64,000 bases of DNA from Cyanobacteriota bacterium (GCA_046045965.1 JBJOKS010000017.1:32001-96000); one strand, 5' to 3'. Positions 1-10,700 are shown, numbered from the stretch's first letter. The notes: generated by a model from the letters alone, not told the origin. Made by a program: numbers and translations.

Positions 1-363
1 ATTGCATCTGGTCAGCATAACCCTGTAAAATGCGTTTTGATTGGAGTAGGAGAAGCAATAGATCAAAAACAATTAGAAGAATTAGACGACTTAGATACAG
101 GGACTGATGTTGATATTTGGGATTACAAAATTGCCCAAGAAATGGCTTCTTTAGTGCAAATCTTTGCTGAGGTTGTTGATGAAAATCAGATAGTAGCACC
201 TACAGGTACTATTTATGATTCATCTGACAATATCATCAAAAAATATACAGATGGAATGCCAGCTAAAGTATCTATTTCTTTACCTCTGAATTGTGAATGG
301 TTTGAATTAGAAGTTTATGGGCAAAGAATTCGCCAACCTGTGATTTTCCAAAATAAATCATGA
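1..363 (+). CDS. vWA-domain protein, C-terminal part (5'-truncated by window edge), Ter/TerY-cluster associated
   Basis: Frame +1 is open from base 1 (IASGQHNPVKCVLIGVG...). 'VLIGVG...LEELDDL...VDIW' resembles the C-terminal strands of TerF/TerY-type vWA domains. Lies upstream of a TerY gene. Confidence 0.55.
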   Translation: MASGQHNPVKCVLIGVGEAIDQKQLEELDDLDTGTDVDIWDYKIAQEMASLVQIFAEVVDENQIVAPTGTIYDSSDNIIKKYTDGMPAKVSISLPLNCEWFELEVYGQRIRQPVIFQNKS

Positions 364-396
364 GCATTGAAATAACATAAAAATCACAGAAATAAA

Positions 397-897
397 GTGA
401 ATCAAAATAATCAAGTAGTCATATCTATTTCTACCTTAGAAAACGAAATTCATCAACTAATTAATCAACAACGACAAAAACATGGACTAATCTTATTATC
501 CTTTGATGTAACTTTAGCAAATATCGCTAGAAAACATAGTCAAGATATGCTCAAGAGAAATTTTTTCAGTCATCAAAATCCAGAAGGGAAAAGTCCCACA
601 GATAGGGGTAAAATAGTGGGATTTAATTGTCATAAAAACTATGGCAGTTATTACACCGAAGGTATTGCGGAAAATATCTTTAAAAGCCATTTATACAACT
701 CTATCACTTACTATAATGGCGTTCCTGATTATCATTGGATGAGTCAAAACGAAATCGCTCAATCTGCTGTTAATGGTTGGATGAATAGCTCAGGACACAG
801 AAAAAATATCCTCACTAAAACCTATGATATTGAAGGAATAGGTGTGGCAGTTTCTTTAGAAATTAAGGAGATTTATATAACTCAAAACTTTTGTTAA
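397..897 (+). CDS. CAP/SCP (cysteine-rich secretory, antigen 5, PR-1) domain protein
   Basis: Motifs INQQRQKHGL, ARKHSQDM, FFSH, AENI, WMNSSGHRKNIL, ITQNF. Confidence 0.9.
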   Translation: MNQNNQVVISISTLENEIHQLINQQRQKHGLILLSFDVTLANIARKHSQDMLKRNFFSHQNPEGKSPTDRGKIVGFNCHKNYGSYYTEGIAENIFKSHLYNSITYYNGVPDYHWMSQNEIAQSAVNGWMNSSGHRKNILTKTYDIEGIGVAVSLEIKEIYITQNFC

Positions 898-946
898 TTT
901 CCCAATTTTCAGAAATTAAACTATTTTATTTAGGAGTTGAAAATTT

Positions 947-1585
947 ATGTCTCGTCGTTTACCTGTTTATCTTGTTTTAGATTGTTCTGGTTCAATGTCT
1001 GGAGATCCTATTCAAGCAGTGAACCAAGGAGTAAAAGCACTTGTAGCCGAACTCAGAAGCGAACCCTACGCCATAGAAACAGCCTATTTATCAGTAATTA
1101 CTTTTGAAAGTACCGCTCAACAAGTTTGTCCATTAACAGAACTTTTGACTTTCCAAGAACCGACTTTAGTTGCTGGTGGTGCTACCTCAATGGGTGCTGC
1201 ACTCAAACTTTTATCAAAGTGTTTTGATCAAGAAGTTAAAAAAGCAGGTGAAACACAAAAAGGAGATTGGAAACCTTTAGTATTTTTAATGACAGATGGA
1301 ATGCCAACTGATACTTGGGAAAAAGCTGCTGAAGAATTGAAAAAGAAAAAACCAGCTAATATTATTGCTTGTGCTGCGGGTGCAGGTGCTGACGAGTATA
1401 GTTTGAAGAAAATTACTGAGATAGTTGTAAAATTAAATAATTTACAACCCGATGATCTCAAAGCTTATTTTAAATGGGTTTCCCAGTCAATTAAACAAAC
1501 ATCTCAAAGTGTGGCTCAAGTAATGGCAGATGATCAACCTATTACTTTACCTCCACCACCTCCAGGAATTACAATTATCCCTTAA
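947..1585 (+). CDS. terY: TerY-type vWA domain protein
   Basis: MSRRLPVYLVLDCSGSMSG (MIDAS DxSxS), GGATSMGAAL, DWKPLVFLMTDG, FKWVSQS, Pro-rich tail; RBS AGGAG at ~932. Confidence 0.88.
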   Translation: MSRRLPVYLVLDCSGSMSGDPIQAVNQGVKALVAELRSEPYAIETAYLSVITFESTAQQVCPLTELLTFQEPTLVAGGATSMGAALKLLSKCFDQEVKKAGETQKGDWKPLVFLMTDGMPTDTWEKAAEELKKKKPANIIACAAGAGADEYSLKKITEIVVKLNNLQPDDLKAYFKWVSQSIKQTSQSVAQVMADDQPITLPPPPPGITIIP

Positions 1586-1771
1586 TTCATCTGATTGCAC
1601 CCTCATGGGTGCTGTTGAAAATTGGTTTAATTTTTTCATATCATATATTTTAGGCTTTTGATTACGATCAGTAATAAATTATTCAATCAGCATAAAGTTA
1701 CGTTAGTTCATGATTGCTAATCATGTGTTTGCAAGCTAGATAATTTAAACAACGGAAGGTAGTTAATTGTT

Positions 1772-3604
1772 ATGCCAGAATCAGAAAAAGAGTTACAAGA
1801 ATTAATTCAACTTTTTGGGTGGAAACTTTACCTTGAGCCACCATCGGATGAGTTTAAAAGTAAATGGGAAAATTTTATTCAAGATCAAAAAAATCAAGAT
1901 TTAGTTTTAAAAATATGTGATTCTCTTGGGGATCTAGCCAAACAATCTTTTATTAATAGGTTTGGTGTTGATGTTCAAAAATCAGCAACAGCCACATCTA
2001 ATCACTTGGAAATATCGAAAATTAATGATTTATGGACTGAATTTTTAGAGTGGTTAATGACTGATTCAAAGCTTCCTAGATCAGAAGAAGAAAGTAAATT
2101 ACAAACTAAAAAATTATGGTGGCAGTCTATTTTAAAGCAAGAATTAAAACCTAAAGTATCAGCCATTATTGCTGAAGTCATCAAGAGTCATTTGGAACAT
2201 GAAAACAGAAAAACAGAATTACTAAAAAGTATAGAAACTAGACCACAAATTAAACCTCCTAGTGAACCCATTGCTACATGGAAACCCAAACAGGAACAAC
2301 AGGAACAACCCGTAACATCTACAATTGAAACTCCCAAAAATGATGTAAAAGTCACTGAGAAGAAAATTCCAGAAAAAACCACAGCAGAAGTTAACCCATC
2401 AATAGGAATTTGGAAATATCTTCCCATACCAGAAAATGAACCTGATAAATATGATGAATATATTTCTAAATCGGGAAAATCACCAGAAGGATTAAACTTA
2501 ATTGGTGCAAGAGTGCGCGGAAAAATGCACAAACATAATGGAACTAATTGTGATGATTGGTTTGAGTCTGCTGTCAGTGGTAAATGGACAATAATTGCAG
2601 TGTCAGATGGTGCTGGTTCTAAAAAATTATCTCGCATTGGTGCAAAAGAGTCCTGTCAAGCAGCAGTAAAATATCTGGCTGATACTCTTGAAATTTACCA
2701 GATAAAAGAGGGTATTACACACGCAGAATTATCTACAGGAGCAGATATAGATACTATTAAAAATATCCTACATAAAGCTATGAAAAAAGCTTATGATGCT
2801 GTAGAGAATAAGGCTAATGCTTGCAGAAATCTTGTACCTTACTATAAAGTTCTCGATAACAGAGAAGCGGAAATTAAAGACTTTTCTGCCACACTCCTTC
2901 TAGCAGTGCATACAACTATCAAAGTAGAAGACAATAACTACAATTTAATTCTCACTTGTCAAGTCGGTGATGGGATGTTAGCTGCTATTTCTCAAGCTGG
3001 AACATTAAAATTATTAGGTAACCCAGATAGTGGAGATTATGCAGGTCAAACTGATTTTCTTACCTCTAAAAATAAACTAGAAACCAGCAATTTAAACCAG
3101 AAAACCTTTCATTTTTTAGGAAATCTTAAATGTTTAATGCTAATGACTGATGGTGTGGCTGATAACTACTTTCCTAATGATCCAGGAATGTTAGAACTCT
3201 ATGGAGATTTAGTTTTAAATAAAATTATCAATATTTCTCAACCTAACGAATCGGAAATTGTTGATCAACTCAGAATAACTCCTTTAGGAAGTATTAGTGG
3301 TATTAGAGATGTAAAAAACAATTTTCAATCAACAGTAGAAAGAATTATTGGACCTCATCAAGAAAATGAACCTAAAAATATTATAATTTCTTCTGTGGCT
3401 GATTATGCCAAAGAATTAAATAAATCTGTTGCTGAAGTTGTCGCTTCACCACCACTTTTAGCTGCTGGTATTATGGATGAGCCAATGTGTGAACAATGTC
3501 AGAATATGTCACCAGCAGAAAAGTTATTGATTTGGCTTGATTCTTATTATCAAAAAGGCTCATTTGACGATCGCACTTTAGTAGTTCTCTATCAGGAAGT
3601 TTAA
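1772..3604 (+). CDS. PP2C-like Ser/Thr phosphatase of the TerY-P triad with ~210-aa N-terminal extension
   Basis: GARVRGKMHKH..NCDD, IAVSDGAGS, QVGDG, MTDGV, DDRTL PP2C metal-binding motifs. Confidence 0.85.
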   Translation: MPESEKELQELIQLFGWKLYLEPPSDEFKSKWENFIQDQKNQDLVLKICDSLGDLAKQSFINRFGVDVQKSATATSNHLEISKINDLWTEFLEWLMTDSKLPRSEEESKLQTKKLWWQSILKQELKPKVSAIIAEVIKSHLEHENRKTELLKSIETRPQIKPPSEPIATWKPKQEQQEQPVTSTIETPKNDVKVTEKKIPEKTTAEVNPSIGIWKYLPIPENEPDKYDEYISKSGKSPEGLNLIGARVRGKMHKHNGTNCDDWFESAVSGKWTIIAVSDGAGSKKLSRIGAKESCQAAVKYLADTLEIYQIKEGITHAELSTGADIDTIKNILHKAMKKAYDAVENKANACRNLVPYYKVLDNREAEIKDFSATLLLAVHTTIKVEDNNYNLILTCQVGDGMLAAISQAGTLKLLGNPDSGDYAGQTDFLTSKNKLETSNLNQKTFHFLGNLKCLMLMTDGVADNYFPNDPGMLELYGDLVLNKIINISQPNESEIVDQLRITPLGSISGIRDVKNNFQSTVERIIGPHQENEPKNIIISSVADYAKELNKSVAEVVASPPLLAAGIMDEPMCEQCQNMSPAEKLLIWLDSYYQKGSFDDRTLVVLYQEV

Positions 3605-3606
3605 TC

Positions 3607-5040
3607 ATGGAAACAGCAATCCTCGCAGATGGTAGCACTATTGAATATCTGCCAGATATGATCGGTGAAGGAGCAATGAAACAAGTTTACTTTACTGCTG
3701 ATAAATCATCAGTAATTTGTTTCTACAAAGATCAAGATGCTGGTTCAGATATGAATCGTATGCAACGATTAGAGAAAATATTAGGTGCTTTTAATCCCAC
3801 AATTGATAAAACTGGTGAATACTTTAAACAACTATTTTGCTGGCCTACAGGTATAGTTGTGAAACCACAATTAGGAATTATTACCCCTACTTATCCAGGT
3901 AATTACTTTTTTGAAACAGGCTTTTTAACAGGTAAAGAAAAAGAAAGTACATGGTTTGTGAGAGCAAAACCACGATCCCTATTACCTCCAACTGAAACAG
4001 GTAATTGGATTAATTATTTCAAGATTTGTATTCTTTTAGCACGTTCAGTCAGACGTTTACATCAAGCAGGTTTAGCTCATTCTGATTTATCAAATAAAAA
4101 TGTATTAATTGACCCTATTTCTGGACAATGTATTGTCATTGATATTGATTCTTTAGTTGTTCCTGGTTTATTCCCTCCCGATGTTTTAGGAACAAGAGGA
4201 TACATAGCGCCAGAAGTTTTAGCTACCATTAATTTACCACTTACAGACCCTAAACGCCAACATCCTTCAGCTACTACCGACCAACACGCTTTAGCTGTTT
4301 TGATTTATCAATATTTATTAGGAAGACATCCCCTAGAAGGACCAAAAACCTATCCCGCAGCTTCAGCAGAAGAACAAGAACGTTTAGAAATGGGATTGAA
4401 AGCATTATTTATTGAAAACCCCAACGATTCATCTAATAAACCTCCAGATTTACACATCCCATTTACAGCTTTAGGACCTCATTTGAGTAATCTATTTCAA
4501 CGAGCATTTATTAAAGGTTTACACTCAGTAAATGAACGTCCAGCAGCTATTGAATGGGAACGCGCACTAATTAAAACCTGGGATTTGCTTCACCCATGTC
4601 ACAATTCTTATTGTCATAGTCATTGGTTTATTTTACATGACACCTCTAACGTAAAATGTCCTTTTTGTGGTTCTAAACCTAAAGGAACTATACCTATTTT
4701 GCGTTTACGTTCTGAACGTCGTCCTGGTCAGTGGACATTAGATACACAATTAGTTATTTACCACAATATTTATTTGTTTAAATGGCACGCTTTTAGTAAT
4801 ATCTTTCCTGGTGAAGAAGTTGATAAAACGCCTCAAGCATATTGTGTTTTTCATGAGGGGAAATGGTTATTAATCAATCAAAATTTAACTTCTCTTACTT
4901 CTCCTAGTGGTAATCAAGTTGCACCTAGTCCCAAACCAGGACAACCAGGACAAGCTATTGAGTTAAAGGATGGAATTTCATTCCGACTTTCTCAAGATCC
5001 TTATGGAAGAATGGTAGAAGTACAAATACTAAAACTATAA
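3607..5040 (+). CDS. TerY-P-type Ser/Thr protein kinase with Zn-ribbon and putative FHA-like C-terminal domain
   Basis: IGEGAMKQVY (Gly loop), HSDLSNKN (catalytic loop), IDIDS, GTRGYIAPE; CHNSYC...CPFCG Cys cluster. Starts 2 nt after the phosphatase stop. Confidence 0.85.
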   Translation: METAILADGSTIEYLPDMIGEGAMKQVYFTADKSSVICFYKDQDAGSDMNRMQRLEKILGAFNPTIDKTGEYFKQLFCWPTGIVVKPQLGIITPTYPGNYFFETGFLTGKEKESTWFVRAKPRSLLPPTETGNWINYFKICILLARSVRRLHQAGLAHSDLSNKNVLIDPISGQCIVIDIDSLVVPGLFPPDVLGTRGYIAPEVLATINLPLTDPKRQHPSATTDQHALAVLIYQYLLGRHPLEGPKTYPAASAEEQERLEMGLKALFIENPNDSSNKPPDLHIPFTALGPHLSNLFQRAFIKGLHSVNERPAAIEWERALIKTWDLLHPCHNSYCHSHWFILHDTSNVKCPFCGSKPKGTIPILRLRSERRPGQWTLDTQLVIYHNIYLFKWHAFSNIFPGEEVDKTPQAYCVFHEGKWLLINQNLTSLTSPSGNQVAPSPKPGQPGQAIELKDGISFRLSQDPYGRMVEVQILKL

Positions 5041-5051
5041 CTAAAAAACTC

Positions 5052-6548
5052 ATGTTTGAAATTTTAGAACAATTAAAACAATGGCTAAGTCAGTCTAATA
5101 AGACTAATGACAATCAAAATATTAAAGACAATCAAAATCAGGTTGTTGAATCTCAAAGCACAAAGCTAGAAAATAATCAGATTACTACTAATGAACAACC
5201 AGAAAACATAGAGCAATCAATTCTCGAAACTTCTAATTCTACTAGCATTGAAAAATTTCAAAAAATAGAAACTCCAATTAACACACTTACTTATCAATCT
5301 GTACCAAAGACTTTACAAGATCAACTAAATGAACTACAAGCAAATGCTACATTATCATTATGGCCTCCTAATGGCGAATACACCGGACCAATTATCATTA
5401 ATCATCCTGTAGTCTTAGATGGAAAAGGAGCGACTATTTGGGCTACTCAAGGTCCCGTTTTTTCTATTTTATCTGATCAAGTTAGTCTTTGTAATCTCAG
5501 AATTGAAGTCACAGGAGAAATGGAAGTTGGCAATTCTGAAAATAATTGTGCCATTCTGGTGAAGTCGGGAAAAAATATAAACTTGGAAATAAACTTGGAA
5601 AATATTGAAGTACGAGGTTCAGTCATGGGATTATCTGAAGAAGAAGGTGAATGGCAATATCCATCTACACTAAATATAGGACGAATTGCTCACGGTCAAG
5701 AATATAATTTCCGGTGGCGGATTATTGTTCCTGTTGACTGTAAAATTGTTTCAGAAATATCAGGAATTGAATTTAATCCTCACAAGCTCAATCCTGGAAC
5801 AAATGAAATTAATATTCATGTAGAAAGGCTACCACAAGATACTTTGATTAATGGCAGTATTTATTTAGTTTCTGCTAATTTTAAAAGACGTATTTCTATA
5901 ACTGCTCACATTGTTTCATTACCAGATCAAGATACTTTTATAATTGATAATGATGTGATTTGGGAAGCAGAAACTTGGGCAACTTTTTCTAAATCAGCAA
6001 TCAAAGAAAATGTAATTAATATACCTGAAAAAACAACACAAGTTGAACAAATACCAATCGAACAAGAAGTAGTAATTAATCAAACTTGTGAAAAATTAGC
6101 ACCTTTGCCAAAACCTGATTCTATTCATACAGAAAACAATAATGAAGTTGCAAGTAAGTCTAGAACTTACCGAGAAGTTAAGCCACATAAAATTTTTGAA
6201 TCCGAATCACAAAAGTTAAATAAACAACAATCAAAAATAGAAAATTCTGACTCTTCCACAAAGTCAGCATCTGTTAATCCTCTATTTCAAACTTTCAAAA
6301 ATAATCAGTCAGAAATTGAAAATGATCATCTTCCTGCTTCATCTCAGGAAAGTAGTTCATCTGTTATCAATCCTATTTTTCAAAAAAATTCTCCTTTTAG
6401 TCAACCCATAAACCCGGATCAGGTTAGTGAAAAAAGCTCATCTCAAAAAAGCGATTCTCAAACTAATTCCCAAGCGAAAAAAAGAACACAAGCTAGACCT
6501 AATAATATTTTTCTAGATGGTGTCAATAAAAAAGACCATCAAGAATAG
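5052..6548 (+). CDS. Hypothetical protein: low-complexity termini around a putative short beta-helix/beta-sandwich core
   Basis: 498-aa ORF 11 nt after the kinase. 'GEYTGPIIINHPVVLDGKGATI...VSLCNLRIE' resembles the start of parallel beta-helix proteins; termini are Q/N/S-rich. Confidence 0.6.
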   Translation: MFEILEQLKQWLSQSNKTNDNQNIKDNQNQVVESQSTKLENNQITTNEQPENIEQSILETSNSTSIEKFQKIETPINTLTYQSVPKTLQDQLNELQANATLSLWPPNGEYTGPIIINHPVVLDGKGATIWATQGPVFSILSDQVSLCNLRIEVTGEMEVGNSENNCAILVKSGKNINLEINLENIEVRGSVMGLSEEEGEWQYPSTLNIGRIAHGQEYNFRWRIIVPVDCKIVSEISGIEFNPHKLNPGTNEINIHVERLPQDTLINGSIYLVSANFKRRISITAHIVSLPDQDTFIIDNDVIWEAETWATFSKSAIKENVINIPEKTTQVEQIPIEQEVVINQTCEKLAPLPKPDSIHTENNNEVASKSRTYREVKPHKIFESESQKLNKQQSKIENSDSSTKSASVNPLFQTFKNNQSEIENDHLPASSQESSSSVINPIFQKNSPFSQPINPDQVSEKSSSQKSDSQTNSQAKKRTQARPNNIFLDGVNKKDHQE

Positions 6549-6689
6549 TTGTCATTCATGTTAAAAAAGGGTATTCAAGGATGAGCATATACAATAAATA
6601 ATCCTTGATACTCTTAAAAATCAAAAACTTCTTCAAAAAAACCTAAAAAATCCTGTTGAAAAATTCCCCAACTAAACAGATTTGAATAA

Positions 6690-7589
6690 TTATAATTTAC
6701 TCATAAATTTATTAATTCTCTTAAAAACCTGCTCTAATAAATCAGGATGTTCAATATTAAAAGATTCAATATTAGGAGCTTGTCTAAACCAAGTTCGTTG
6801 ACGTTTAGCAAACTGTCTAGTATGCAAAGCAATTAAATCAGTAGCTTCATCTAAAGAAATTTCATTAGCTAAATATTGTTTGATTTCTTGATATCCCAAA
6901 GTATTCAATAATGGCAAATCAGCACTATATTTTTGACACAAATATTCAACTTCAGCCACTAAACCATCTGCTATCATTTGTTCAGTACGTTTACGAATTC
7001 TGATATCTAAATGTTTCGGTTCACAATCTAAACAAATTTGTAAAATGGGATAATTGGGTGGGTTTTCTCCTTGTTGTTCAGACATTGGGCATCCAGTGAC
7101 ATAATATACTTCTAATGCTCTTAAAGTCCGGACTAAATCATGAGCATGAATTTTTTGAGCAGCAATAGGATCAATTTGTTGCAACATCGGGTAAAGTTGA
7201 TGTTGACCTAAAGATTCTAATTGCGATCGCAATTCTGGTTGTGGTGAAACTCTGGGAATTTTCATCCCTTGTACAATAGAGCGTATATATAAACCAGTTC
7301 CACCAACCAAAAACAATGGGGAAACACCAAGACTAGCAATTAAAGCTTGTGCTTGTTCCTGGTAATCTGCTACTGTCATTGTTTGCGTTGGTTCACAAAT
7401 ATCAATTAGATGATGTGGTACTAATTTTTGTTCTGCCAAAGTCGGTTTAGCGGTTCCAATGTCAAACTCACGGTATACTTGACGAGAATCGGCACTCAAA
7501 ATTACAGAATTCAACCGTCTTGCTAAACTCAAAGCTAAACCAGACTTTCCCGTTGCTGTCGCTCCACAAATCACAATTAATTTAGTCAT
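6690..7589 (-). CDS. miaA: tRNA dimethylallyltransferase
   Basis: GATATGKS, ADSRQVY, DIGTAKP, VGGTGLY, FAKRQRTWF. Confidence 0.97.
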   Translation of the reverse strand: MTKLIVICGATATGKSGLALSLARRLNSVILSADSRQVYREFDIGTAKPTLAEQKLVPHHLIDICEPTQTMTVADYQEQAQALIASLGVSPLFLVGGTGLYIRSIVQGMKIPRVSPQPELRSQLESLGQHQLYPMLQQIDPIAAQKIHAHDLVRTLRALEVYYVTGCPMSEQQGENPPNYPILQICLDCEPKHLDIRIRKRTEQMIADGLVAEVEYLCQKYSADLPLLNTLGYQEIKQYLANEISLDEATDLIALHTRQFAKRQRTWFRQAPNIESFNIEHPDLLEQVFKRINKFMSKL

Positions 7590-7794
7590 GAGTCGCTTTG
7601 CTCCAATTAAAAATTAAAAATTAAAAATTAAAAATTTCAGATTGACGTTATTTTTAAAGGGTTGCAATTACTTGATAAACTTCTCATGAAATCGCTCTAG
7701 ATTACGCAGTAAGGCTTTTGTGTTATAATTTTGGGGTGATTTGACTTTTTTAGTTTTTTTTGCAAGTTCAAACCCAGATATCAGGAGAATTTTC

Positions 7795-10700
7795 ATGACG
7801 AGCAGTTACAGCGCCGATCAGATTCAAGTTCTGGAAGGTCTGGAAGCCGTCCGCAAACGACCAGGGATGTACATCGGTACTACAGGTCCGCGAGGACTCC
7901 ATCATTTAGTTTACGAGGTAGTGGACAACTCTGTTGATGAAGCTTTAGCTGGTCACTGTACCCATGTTGAGGTGGATATCAATGCTGATGGTTCTGTCAC
8001 GGTAACAGATGATGGTCGGGGTATTCCTGTCGATATTCACCCAAAAACCGGAAAATCGGCTTTAGAAACAGTATTAACTGTACTTCACGCTGGTGGTAAG
8101 TTTGGTGGTGGTGGCTACAAGGTATCTGGTGGTTTACACGGTGTTGGGATTTCCGTTGTTAACGCCCTATCTGAGTTTGTAGAAGTGACGGTTTGGCGAG
8201 ATAAAAAGGTACATACCCAGCGATATGAACGGAGTTTCCCCGTTACGGAATTAGTGGCCAAGCCTTACAAAGAAGATAGAACGGGGACTTCTATTACTTT
8301 CAAACCAGATACACAAATTTTTACCACCAGCATAGAATTCGATTACATCACTTTATCAGGTCGCTTGCGCGAGTTGGCGTATCTGAATGCAGGTGTAAGA
8401 ATTATTTTCACGGATCATCGTCTTGAACTCCTCAAAAGCGACACACCGAAAGTAGAAATTTACGAATACAAGGGTGGTATTAAAGAGTATATCGCCTACA
8501 TGAATCGTGAGAAACAGCCTTTACACGAAGAAATTATTTATGTGCAAGGGGAACGTAATAATGTTCAGGTGGAAGTTGCACTGCAATGGTGTACTGATGC
8601 TTACACTGATAATGTGTTAGGTTTTGCTAATAATATTCGCACTATTGATGGTGGTACTCACTTAGAAGGGTTAAAAGCAGTTTTAACCAGAACATTAAAT
8701 GCGATCGCTCGCAAACGGAATAAAATTAAAGAAAATGAATCTAACCTCAGTGGTGAACACGTCCGTGAAGGTTTAACCGCAGTTATTTCTGTTAAAGTCC
8801 CCGATCCTGAATTTGAAGGACAAACCAAAACTAAACTTGGTAATACAGAAGTTCGTGGTATCGTTGATTCTTTTGTGGGTGAGGTTCTCACTGAATACCT
8901 AGAATTTCATCCCAGTGTCGCTGATGCTATCTTAGATAAGGCTATTCAAGCCTTTAAAGCCGCAGAAGCTGCCCGTCATGCACGGGAGTTAGTTAGACGA
9001 AAATCAGTCCTAGAATCGTCTCCTTTGCCCGGTAAATTAGCTGATTGTAGCTCCCGTGATCCCTCAGAATCGGAGATTTTCATCGTCGAAGGCGACAGTG
9101 CTGGGGGCTGTTGGCTTGGAAACACAGTAATTTCACTTACCGACGGACGTAATATTACGTTCATAGAACTAATTGCAGAACAGGAAGCTGGCAAAGAGCA
9201 TTACTGTTATACGATGAGGGATAGCGGCAATATTGGGGTGGAAAAAATCATTAATGCCCGCATGACTAAAGCTAATGCTGAGGTAGTGAAAGTTACCTTA
9301 GACAATGGAGAGGTTTTAATATGTACTCCAGAACATCCGTTTATGTTACGTGATGGTACGTATAAGGCAGCAGCTTTATTAACTCCCGAAGATTCCTTAA
9401 TGCCTTTGTATCGAAAAATATCCCAGAAAAATGAACGGGGAACGGGACTTAATGGTTATGAAATGGTATGGAATCCTTTAAATGATAAGTGGATTTACAC
9501 TCACCTGTTAGCTGATTTCTATAACCTAGAACATGGGGTTTATCCATCTTCAGATGGTAGTCATCGTCATCATGTTGATTTTAATAAACGTAATAACGAC
9601 CCAACCAATATTAAACGGATGACTCCTCATGCACACTTAGAATTGCATCGGCAGCACATTGAAAAAACTTTACATCGTCCTGATGTGATTGAAAAGAGTC
9701 GTCAAGTTCATCAGAGTCCAGAGTTTCGCGCTTTCATGAGTGAAAGAATGCGAGATGAAAAAACTCGTCAAATTCTTTCCGCACAAGCTAAAGCTCAATG
9801 GGAAGATGAAGCTTATAAGGAATTTATGACGGCTAAATGGCGGGAGTTTTATGAAAATAATGAAAACTACCGTCAAGAAAACAGTGAGTTGCTAAATAAA
9901 GCGCAGCAAGAGTATTGGAGTGATGAAGCTAACCGTGTAGCGCAGTCTGAGAGGGTAAGGGAGTATTTTGCTAATAATCCCCAAGCCCGTGAGGTATTAT
10001 CTGAGTTAGCTAAGAAACAATGGGAAGATGAGGAATTATTAGCTTGGCGCAGTGAGAAAACTAAGGAACAATGGACTTATGAGTTTCGGTTGAAACGTCG
10101 CCAAGCCTTACATCAGACCTATTACAACAAGACTATTGCTGTTTTGAAAGAGGTAGAAATCCAAATCGGTTGGATAGATGAGGATATTTATGAATCATAC
10201 CGCAAGCGTCTCAAGGATAAGTCGCTTTTGAGATGGGATACATTTTGTGAACGCTATTATCAAGGTCGTCGGTCAGTTGCCAGGGAAGCAGTAAAAAACT
10301 ACAATCACCGTGTGGTAAGTGTGGAGAAGTTAGAAGAACGCCATGATGTCTATGATATCGAAGTTCCTAATACTCACAACTTTGCTTTAGCCGCTGGGAT
10401 TTTTGTTCATAATAGCGCCAAACAAGGACGCGATCGCCGGACGCAAGCAATTCTCCCCCTCCGTGGTAAAATCATCAACATCGAAAAAACCGATGATGCC
10501 AAAATTTATAAAAATACCGAAATTCAAGCTTTAATTACTGCTTTGGGTTTGGGTGTGAAAGGGGAAGAGTTCGACGCTTCCCAACTACGTTATCATCGTG
10601 TCGTGATTATGACTGACGCTGATGTGGATGGGGCGCATATCCGTACACTTTTGTTAACTTTCTTTTATCGTTATCAAAGGGCGCTGATTGAACAAGGTTT

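Noticed and set aside
7741..7794. TTG-initiated N-terminal extension of GyrB
   Set aside because: ATG at 7795 has an AGGAG RBS and matches the usual GyrB N-terminus.
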